From NCBI GenBank assembly GCA_963586925.1, contig CAVAAT010000042.1:22289-35275 (forward strand): a DNA stretch of 12,987 nt, written 5' to 3'. Positions 7,112 to 12,987 of this stretch are shown in pieces; the stretch's first letter is position 1, and each line of letters begins with the position of its first letter. A program made the translations under genes and the position numbers. Origin of the DNA: Erysipelotrichaceae bacterium (GTDB lineage: Bacteria > Bacillota_I > Bacilli_A > Erysipelotrichales > Erysipelotrichaceae). The notes beneath the pieces were generated by a model. That model was not told where the DNA came from, ran no database searches, and saw nothing but the letters and a program-made list of their open reading frames with translations.

Positions 7112-8062
7112 ATGGATACTAATGAAAGACCTGTTTATGTTTTTACCGGCTTTTTAGAGTCTGGTAAGACTAGTTTCATCATTGAAAATATTTCTAATCC
7201 TGCCTTTTGTGCACCAGGAGAGATGACGGTTGTCATTGCTTGTGAAGACGGGGAGAAACAATATGATGAAGTTGAATCTGATGAGATCAAAGTTGTTTAT
7301 GTATCAGAACAAGATGATCTGACTTATGATTATTGTATGCAACTTCAACAACAATATGATCCTGATAAGATCATCATTGAATATAATGGTATGTGGAATA
7401 TAAATGATTTGTACCAGATCATACCAGAAAATTGGCTGATCGTGCAACAGATCAATGTTGCAGATGCTTCTACTTTCTTAGCTTACAATACGATGTTTAG
7501 AAACCTTATGGTTGAAAAGATCGCAGGAGCTGAGTTTATGTTGTTCAATAGAGTCAATCACGATGATGATAAGATGCAATATCATAAGGTCGTAAGACAA
7601 GTAAATCGTAAGTGTGAAATTGCTTATGAATATACTGATGGTCAGGGTGAATATGATGATATTGTTGATCCACTACCATTTGATATGAATGCAGATGTCA
7701 TTGATATTGAATTTAGGGATTATGCTTTATGGATCCAAGATGTTGTTCAGAATTATGATAAGTATGTTGGTAAAAAAGTTAAAGTAATAGCTAAAGCTGT
7801 ACCGAATGATAAATTAGAAAATAATTCATTTAGTTTTGGCAGAAGAGTTATGACTTGTTGTGTGGCTGATATCAAGTTTATGGGACTTGTTTGCGAGAAC
7901 TTAACTGATGAAGAAGTGAAATTACCTGCTTGGTATGAAGTTGAAGCTGAATTCTGTTGTGGTTATCAAAAAATATTTAATGCTAAAGTTCCTTATCTTA
8001 AAGCCTATAATATAAGAGAAGTTGATATTCCTGCAGAAGATGAAGTGGCTACTTTCTATTAA
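7112..8062 (+). CDS. degenerate G3E/CobW-like NTPase paralog (no CxCC) fused to a Cys-rich C-terminal domain with an MTCCxAD motif (DUF1980/TIGR03943-C-like)
   Basis: ATG lies 2 nt after the upstream stop, and AAGGAA at 7100-7105 serves as SD. N-terminus PVYVFTGFLESGKTSFI (P-loop at 7148-7174) parallels the upstream gene. IIIEYNGMW parallels IIIEPSGVG. No CxCC is present and there is no CobW_C RAKG tail. The C-terminal region has RRVMTCCVADIKFMGLVC (7850-7870 encodes MTCCVAD) and FCCGY (Cys codons 7955-7960). Confidence 0.7.
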   Translation: MDTNERPVYVFTGFLESGKTSFIIENISNPAFCAPGEMTVVIACEDGEKQYDEVESDEIKVVYVSEQDDLTYDYCMQLQQQYDPDKIIIEYNGMWNINDLYQIIPENWLIVQQINVADASTFLAYNTMFRNLMVEKIAGAEFMLFNRVNHDDDKMQYHKVVRQVNRKCEIAYEYTDGQGEYDDIVDPLPFDMNADVIDIEFRDYALWIQDVVQNYDKYVGKKVKVIAKAVPNDKLENNSFSFGRRVMTCCVADIKFMGLVCENLTDEEVKLPAWYEVEAEFCCGYQKIFNAKVPYLKAYNIREVDIPAEDEVATFY

Positions 8063-8087
8063 AAAGAGCTAGCTCACTTCTTTTTTT
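8042..8087 (+). terminator. probable rho-independent terminator closing the GTPase pair
   Basis: GAAGTGGCT (8042-8050) pairs with AGC-T-CACTTC (8071-8080), with one bulged T and a loop of about 20 nt. T7 follows at 8081-8087. The left arm lies in the last codons of the CDS. Confidence 0.4.
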
Positions 8088-8112
8088 CTGTTATACTAAT
8101 TATGGTGAGAAA

Positions 8113-8595
8113 ATGAAAAAAAGAGTTTTATTTATTTCTAGTACTGGTGGTCACTTAGATGAATTATTACAACTTAAAGCTATGTTTGATAAATATGACT
8201 ATCACATCATTACAGAAAAGACAAAAGCTAATATGAGTTTAAAAGAAAAATATCCAGGTAAAGTATCATATCTTACTTATGGTACTTATACTGGTCTTGT
8301 CAATAAGTGTATCTATCCTTTTAAACTTTTGTGGAATACTTTAAAGTCATTTGTGTTTTATTGTAAGTACAGACCACAATATGTTGTATCTACTGGTGCT
8401 CATACTGCAGGTCCAATGTGTCTTATTGCTCATTTGTTAGGCAGTAAGGTCATCTTTATTGAAACATTTGCTAATAGCAATTCTAGAAGTAAGTGTGGTT
8501 CTATTGTCTATAAGTTTGCTGACTTGTTCATTGTGCAATGGGAAAGCATGTTAGAACAATATCCTAATGCTGTTTATGGGGGGTGGATATTTTGA
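8113..8595 (+). CDS. Alg14-like / PssD / Cps14F-family glycosyltransferase accessory (membrane-anchoring) subunit
   Basis: 160-aa ORF. GGTGAG SD at 8104-8109. N-terminal LFISSTGGHLDEL (the SxGGH motif typical of Alg14/PssD). Its size and position directly upstream of an Alg13-like gene fit the family. Confidence 0.75.
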   Translation: MKKRVLFISSTGGHLDELLQLKAMFDKYDYHIITEKTKANMSLKEKYPGKVSYLTYGTYTGLVNKCIYPFKLLWNTLKSFVFYCKYRPQYVVSTGAHTAGPMCLIAHLLGSKVIFIETFANSNSRSKCGSIVYKFADLFIVQWESMLEQYPNAVYGGWIF

Positions 8596-9071
8596 TCTTA
8601 GTAACTTTGGGTACGCAAGATAAACAATTTAATCGTTTACTTGAGGCAGTACAAAAAGCCATTAATGAAGGCTATATCAAAGATAAAGTAGTAGTACAAG
8701 CAGGTTATACCCATTTTGAAAGTAAGGATATGGAGATCTTTGATCTTATTGATAGAGAAAAGTTTTCTAGTTTAATTGCTGAATGTGATATTCTAATCAC
8801 CCATGGTGGAGTAGGATCTATTCTTACAGGTTTAAAAAATGGTAAGAAAGTCATTGCTTGTCCTAGACTTGCGAAGTATCAAGAACATGTCAATGACCAT
8901 CAAAAGCAGATTATTGAAAGATTTTATCAAGCCCATCTATTAATCAAACTTGATGAAAATGATGATCTTGGAAAAGTCATAGAACAAACAAAGGATTTTG
9001 TGCCAGAGAAGTTTGTAAGTAATAATGCTAACTTCGTAAAGATGGTAGAAGAGTTTATTGATAATAATTAG
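8583..9071 (+). CDS. Alg13-like / PssE / Cps14G-family glycosyltransferase catalytic subunit (GT28 C-terminal domain)
   Basis: ILVTLGTQDKQFNRLL and ITHGGVGSIL match the Glyco_tran_28_C pattern (fVTvGt..F..L, sHaGaGsi). Start is GTG 8583 or, perhaps better, TTG 8592. TTG 8592 forms a TTGA start/stop overlap with the upstream TGA (8593-8595) and sits 8 nt after the G-run at 8578-8583. Confidence 0.75.
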   Translation: MDILILVTLGTQDKQFNRLLEAVQKAINEGYIKDKVVVQAGYTHFESKDMEIFDLIDREKFSSLIAECDILITHGGVGSILTGLKNGKKVIACPRLAKYQEHVNDHQKQIIERFYQAHLLIKLDENDDLGKVIEQTKDFVPEKFVSNNANFVKMVEEFIDNN

Positions 9072-9099
9072 AAAAATGATATATGGATATCATTTTTTT
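9072..9099 (+). terminator. rho-independent terminator
   Basis: ATGATAT (9076-9082), loop ATGG, ATATCAT (9087-9093). The stem is extendable by A/T pairs and is followed by T6 at 9094-9099, immediately after stop TAG 9069-9071. Confidence 0.8.
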
Positions 9100-9244
9100 G
9101 CTTTTAACCGTTTATATTGTTAAGAATTGTTTAATAATCATTAAAAATGTTCTCATTAATTAAATAAAAAGTTAAAATACTAAAGTATGTTGGGCACTAT
9201 TGGAAAGGGGTAAACGATTAGATCGTTGTTTGAAATTGATTAGT

Positions 9245-10090
9245 ATGGAACAGTTAGAAAAAGCAACAGGTGAGTTAAGAAGATTACAATTAAAAATGTT
9301 AGATATAATAAAGGATATTGATAAACTTTGTAAAGAAAATGAAATTCAGTATTATATCTTTTATGGTTCAGCTTTGGGGGCAGTAAGGCACAAAGGATTT
9401 ATTCCTTGGGATGATGATTTTGATATTGCGATGACTTATGATAATTACATAAAGTTCATTAAGATAGCAGAAGAAAAAATGGATAAGAGCAAATATTTCA
9501 TTCAAACCCCTGGGAAAGAAAAAGAATATTACCTACAATTTACTAAGATCAGAGATATCAATACAACTTTAATCGAAAATTTTAATAAAGATAAAAATGT
9601 AGTGCGCAGTGTTTTTGTTGATGTTTTCCCACTTGTAGGAGCACCTACAAGTAAGATTGGTTGGTTCTTTTTTAAACTAGATAGGGCTTTTGTCCTTTCG
9701 TGCGATAACAACATCATTCGTAGTAAGGCATTGTATTCGTTTTTTAAAGTCATGTTAAAAATATTTGGTAAAGAAAAGATCATTAAGCATTTTGGTAAAA
9801 AATGTACGAAATATGATGTTAACAAAAGTGAACAAGTCGTCTCATTTGCGGACACTTGGGCATTAGAAAAATCAACTTACTCTAAAAAAGCCTTAGGTAG
9901 ACCAACTTATGTAGAGTTTGAAGATACTATTTTACCGATCCCAGAAGATTATGACAGTATATTAAGGAATATATATGGAAATTATATGCAGATTCCAAGT
10001 AAAGAAGAAAGAAAAAGAGCTGAACATTCACGTTACTTTCTTGACTTAGATATGCCATATGCTCAGTATATTAAAAATCTAGAAAAGTAG
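9245..10090 (+). CDS. licD: LicD-family phosphotransferase (phosphocholine/polyol-phosphate transferase family)
   Basis: YGSALGAVRHKGFIPWDDDFDIAM is the LicD signature. I prefer ATG 9245 (MEQLEK...) by alignment with the second paralog's N-terminus. The track's TTG 9200 has no SD. Neither start has a good SD, so the start is uncertain. Confidence 0.82.
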   Translation: MEQLEKATGELRRLQLKMLDIIKDIDKLCKENEIQYYIFYGSALGAVRHKGFIPWDDDFDIAMTYDNYIKFIKIAEEKMDKSKYFIQTPGKEKEYYLQFTKIRDINTTLIENFNKDKNVVRSVFVDVFPLVGAPTSKIGWFFFKLDRAFVLSCDNNIIRSKALYSFFKVMLKIFGKEKIIKHFGKKCTKYDVNKSEQVVSFADTWALEKSTYSKKALGRPTYVEFEDTILPIPEDYDSILRNIYGNYMQIPSKEERKRAEHSRYFLDLDMPYAQYIKNLEK

Positions 10091-10115
10091 GAATTATTTT
10101 TAGTGAGGTGATAGT

Positions 10116-11597
10116 TTGAAAAATAAGTTTATTAAAAATAGCATTGTGTTAGTGTATGTTTTGCTACCTATCATAGAAATGTTAAGAGCAACATCTTTAA
10201 AGAATGTCGAGATATTTAATATTGCTCTTATCGAACTGGTGAATATTCTATTGATCTCTTTTGCTTTTGCTTGCTTCTTTTTTACTAAAACGGACAAAAA
10301 ATTAAAAATAAAGATAATGTTGTTTGCTGCGATATTTGTGATATATATAATTTTACATTGTATCAATAATGCTAATTTTGATTCTTCTATCTTGCCAGAC
10401 ACCAATATAAGCTATTTTGTAGAGGTATATTATATTTTAAGACAATATGTTTTACCCCTTATGATGCTGATGCTATTAAAATGGTGTGATGATATCTTTG
10501 ATAGAGATTTTTACCTGAAGATTGTTAGGTATTTCACTTATATTTGTTGTGGATCGATCGTTATCTTGAATTTATGCCGATTCTCTTATAATTCATACAC
10601 GAGTGCAGATAATGAGTATGCCATAAATACAAGTTGTATATTTGACTTGATCAATTATGATGGTAACTTAAAAAATCTATTTACTTGCGGCTTATTTCCT
10701 TCCGCAAACAGACTTTCGATCGTATTATTGATGTTATTACCTTACAATGTCATGAATTTGTACTATGAAAAAAAGATAAGAAATGTTTTGCAGCTTTGCT
10801 TACAGGTATTAGCTATGTTCATTATCGGTACTAAGACTGCGGCTCTTGGTTCATTATTGACTGTTACTTGTTTATTGCTTGCTTATTTCTTCTTTATGAT
10901 AGTTAAACGCAAATATTATAAGTTTAATGATTATGTAGTCAAATTGGCATGTGTTGTAGCCTTCGCTTTTGTTTGTATGTGTGTTACACCTTTTGGACAT
11001 TATTTTTCTCAAACTACATCACTGACTAATAAACTTACTGAAAAAGAGCAACTCATCTACGATAGCTTAGATAATGTTGAAGATGATGATCTACAACAAT
11101 ATCTTTATGATAACAAGACCGTTTTTAAGATTAATGAGTCCTTTTTTGAATATTATCCTGTAGAAAATGATACTGAGTTTTGGCGAATGATCGCTAAAAG
11201 GAAAAGAAGTTTGAATAATGATTATCGTAATTTGAAAGTAACAATACTTGAAAGAGTTGAAGAAAGAAATAACAATCCATTAGATAAATACTTAGGAATG
11301 GGTTATACCATCAACTTCCCTGATGCAGAAAGAGATTATATTTATCAATACTATTTGTTTGGCATAAGTGGTATATTATTACTGATAGTTCCATATGTTG
11401 TTGAATATCTAAAAAAAATACGGGTATTCTTACATAAGAGAGAGTTTACTTATGCTAATTGCTTTGGCTTATTAGCGGGTTTTTTAGGCATAGTTGGTGC
11501 TTACTTTTCTGGACATTTATTTGGTTGGACTGGACCAATGTTCATTTTAGTATTTGTTATGGGATATCAGAAGAGGTTGCATAAAGATGAAAGTTAG
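10116..11597 (+). CDS. polytopic membrane protein, O-antigen ligase / Wzy-type polymerase family
   Basis: 493 aa. TTG start with GAGGTGA at 10104-10110. About 11-12 hydrophobic segments by eye. IIGTKTAALGSLL resembles the Wzy_C motif (GSRxxxLal). A hydrophilic loop of about 100 aa follows it, then 2-3 more TM segments. Confidence 0.6.
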   Translation: MKNKFIKNSIVLVYVLLPIIEMLRATSLKNVEIFNIALIELVNILLISFAFACFFFTKTDKKLKIKIMLFAAIFVIYIILHCINNANFDSSILPDTNISYFVEVYYILRQYVLPLMMLMLLKWCDDIFDRDFYLKIVRYFTYICCGSIVILNLCRFSYNSYTSADNEYAINTSCIFDLINYDGNLKNLFTCGLFPSANRLSIVLLMLLPYNVMNLYYEKKIRNVLQLCLQVLAMFIIGTKTAALGSLLTVTCLLLAYFFFMIVKRKYYKFNDYVVKLACVVAFAFVCMCVTPFGHYFSQTTSLTNKLTEKEQLIYDSLDNVEDDDLQQYLYDNKTVFKINESFFEYYPVENDTEFWRMIAKRKRSLNNDYRNLKVTILERVEERNNNPLDKYLGMGYTINFPDAERDYIYQYYLFGISGILLLIVPYVVEYLKKIRVFLHKREFTYANCFGLLAGFLGIVGAYFSGHLFGWTGPMFILVFVMGYQKRLHKDES

Positions 11598-12525
11598 TGT
11601 TATTGTACCGGTATATAATACCCAAGATTATTTAAGAAAATGTCTTGATAGTTTAATACAACAAGATTTTGAGGATTATGAGATCGTTGTTGTTAATGAT
11701 GGCTCACCAGATGAAAGTCAAAATATCATTGATGAGTATAAGAAAAATCCAATCATTAAATCTTATGTAAAGGTTAATGGTGGTCTGTCTGATGCACGAA
11801 ACTATGGTTTGGATAGGGCAGAAGGTGAGTATATAGCTTTTGTTGATAGTGATGATTACATCAAAAGTGATATGTTGAGAAAAATGTATGACAAAGCTAA
11901 AAAAGATGATCTTGATGTAGTAGTATGTGATAGTATCAATGTTTATCCTGATGGTAATGAAGTGCTTGTTCATTCAAACTTACATTATAGTGATGATGAA
12001 GTTAAAAATTACTTGATAGCTGCACCTATGGCTTGTACTAGGATGTTTAAAAGAGAAATTTTTGATAATATTAAGTTTAAAGTTGGCATCTACTATGAAG
12101 ATCTACATTTATGTCCAAAAGTGGTAAATTTAACAAATAAGATTGGATTTGTCGAAGAGGGCTTGTATTATTACTATCAAAGAGATGATTCAATAATGAA
12201 ACAAAAGAAGTTTAATAATAAACTTCTAGATATATTTACTGTCTTACAATCTAATAAGGATATGTTAGGAAAAGATCATCCACTAGAAATTGAGTATATG
12301 TATATCACTCATTTATTAAGAACAGCGTCATTAAGATTCTTAGAATATGATAATCCAAAAGAATATTTAAATAAAATTAATGATATTTTTAGGAATGATT
12401 ATCCTAATTGGAGAAAGAATATCTATTATAAGAAATCTAGTTACAAGTTAAAACTTATTTGTAACTTGTCTTATATGAAAATGTATGGTTTATTAAAACT
12501 GATCAAAAAGATAACAAATAAATGA
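11587..12525 (+). CDS. family 2 glycosyltransferase (GT-A fold)
   Basis: MKVSVIVPVYN, VVVNDGSPDES and the DxD motif FVDSDD. ATG 11587 with AAGAGG at 11571-11576 overlaps the upstream stop (11595-11597) by 11 nt. The track's 11554 start adds 11 residues not typical of GT2 enzymes. Confidence 0.88.
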   Translation: MKVSVIVPVYNTQDYLRKCLDSLIQQDFEDYEIVVVNDGSPDESQNIIDEYKKNPIIKSYVKVNGGLSDARNYGLDRAEGEYIAFVDSDDYIKSDMLRKMYDKAKKDDLDVVVCDSINVYPDGNEVLVHSNLHYSDDEVKNYLIAAPMACTRMFKREIFDNIKFKVGIYYEDLHLCPKVVNLTNKIGFVEEGLYYYYQRDDSIMKQKKFNNKLLDIFTVLQSNKDMLGKDHPLEIEYMYITHLLRTASLRFLEYDNPKEYLNKINDIFRNDYPNWRKNIYYKKSSYKLKLICNLSYMKMYGLLKLIKKITNK

Positions 12526-12539
12526 TAATGGGGTAAAAA

Positions 12540-12987
12540 ATGAAGGATAGTGAGCGATTAAAACAGTATGAATTAAAAGTTTTAGATAAATTAGATCAGC
12601 TATGTAAAGAAAATGGTCTAAAGTATTATTTGGCTTATGGTAGTGCTATAGGAGCAATAAGACACAAAGGATTTATTCCTTGGGATGATGATATTGATGT
12701 GATCATGAATATCAGTGACTATCTTAAATTAAGAGAGATATGTTTAAAGTGTCTAGATAAAGAGTTTTATTATCAAGATAAACTTACAGATAAGTATTAC
12801 TATAATCCTTGGGCAAGAGTTGGTTTAGAAAATACTACTAGCATGGCAAAAGATAGATTGACTGATCAAAAAAGTGGGATATGCATAGACATATTTTGGT
12901 TTGTGCCTTTAAAAAATAGTGAAAAAAATAGGAAATATGTAGAACGTTATGTCAAACTTATGAACATCACTTGTTCTAAATATTATG
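12540..12987 (+). CDS. licD: second LicD-family phosphotransferase, 3' end beyond the window (not in the supplied ORF track)
   Basis: My translation from ATG 12540 (GGGG at 12530-12533 upstream) has no stop to the window edge: MKDSERLKQYELKVLDKLDQLCKENGLKYYLAYGSAIGAIRHKGFIPWDDDIDVIMNISDYLKL... It carries the same LicD signature as 9245-10090. Confidence 0.8.
   Translation, partial: MKDSERLKQYELKVLDKLDQLCKENGLKYYLAYGSAIGAIRHKGFIPWDDDIDVIMNISDYLKLREICLKCLDKEFYYQDKLTDKYYYNPWARVGLENTTSMAKDRLTDQKSGICIDIFWFVPLKNSEKNRKYVERYVKLMNITCSKYY

Noticed and set aside
8089-8097. TGtTATACT as an extended -10 promoter for the Alg14-like gene
   Set aside because: There is no -35 element, and it would leave a leader of only about 10 nt that includes the SD. 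It is plausible but too weak to list as a feature.
9187-9213. Tiny ORF ATG-TTG-GGC-ACT-ATT-GGA-AAG-GGG-TAA upstream of licD as a possible leader peptide
   Set aside because: It is 8 codons long with no SD, no regulatory codon run and no attached attenuator structure, so it cannot be distinguished from chance.
9389-9418. 30-nt stretch identical to 12663-12692 in the two licD genes (CACAAAGGATTTATTCCTTGGGATGATGAT)
   Set aside because: It encodes the invariant HKGFIPWDDD catalytic motif. With strong AT codon bias, identical codons are expected. Flanking sequence diverges quickly, so there is no evidence of recent gene conversion or a mobile repeat.
1913-11973. Minus-strand ORFs in the track (1913-2110, 2327-2608, 3221-3472, 3883-4119, 4608-4871, 5828-6046, 9529-9855, 10100-10405, 11704-11973)
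   Set aside because: Each is fully or largely antisense to a plus-strand gene with strong family motifs. Their translations are low-complexity (Ile, Ser, Phe, Leu rich), as expected for shadow ORFs in AT-rich DNA. None has a recognisable motif or SD.
1-12987. Search for mobile elements, defence systems, toxin-antitoxin pairs, tRNA/rRNA genes and riboswitches
   Set aside because: No transposase, integrase or recombinase motifs. No terminal inverted repeats, no cas or restriction-like genes, no cloverleaf-forming or rRNA-like segments. Intergenic regions are short, and the longest (173 nt) has no recognisable riboswitch core.

Overview
Low-GC, standard-code (TGA used as a stop, TGG for Trp) Bacillota-like chromosomal segment. 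All 13 supported genes are on the + strand. The taxon guess is inference from composition, TTG/GTG starts and gene content only. Left part (1-5682) is housekeeping hydrolases: the 3' end of a probable family II inorganic pyrophosphatase, an M32 (Taq-type) carboxypeptidase, an alpha/beta hydrolase, a nucleoside hydrolase and RNase R. Middle (5739-8062) is a hairpin-bounded two-gene G3E/COG0523 GTPase unit and is the standout. The first gene is a canonical CobW-like metallochaperone (P-loop, CxCC, CobW_C-type tail). Its inter-domain linker has grown into a 149-residue block built only of His, Cys, Asp and Glu: 8 full copies plus one partial copy of HHHHDEDEDDDHECCC, encoded by a 48-bp tandem repeat. 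The second gene is a degenerate paralog that keeps the P-loop but lacks CxCC. It ends in a Cys-rich domain with an MTCCVAD motif that I recall from DUF1980/TIGR03943 proteins. Right part (8113-12987) is a cell-surface glycopolymer locus that runs off the window: a split Alg14-like/Alg13-like glycosyltransferase pair, a LicD-family phosphotransferase, a Wzy/O-antigen-ligase-like membrane protein, a GT2 glycosyltransferase and a second LicD paralog. That last gene is open-ended and missing from the ORF track. I found no transposase, integrase, CRISPR array, tRNA/rRNA or recognisable defence genes. All minus-strand ORFs in the track look like shadow ORFs.
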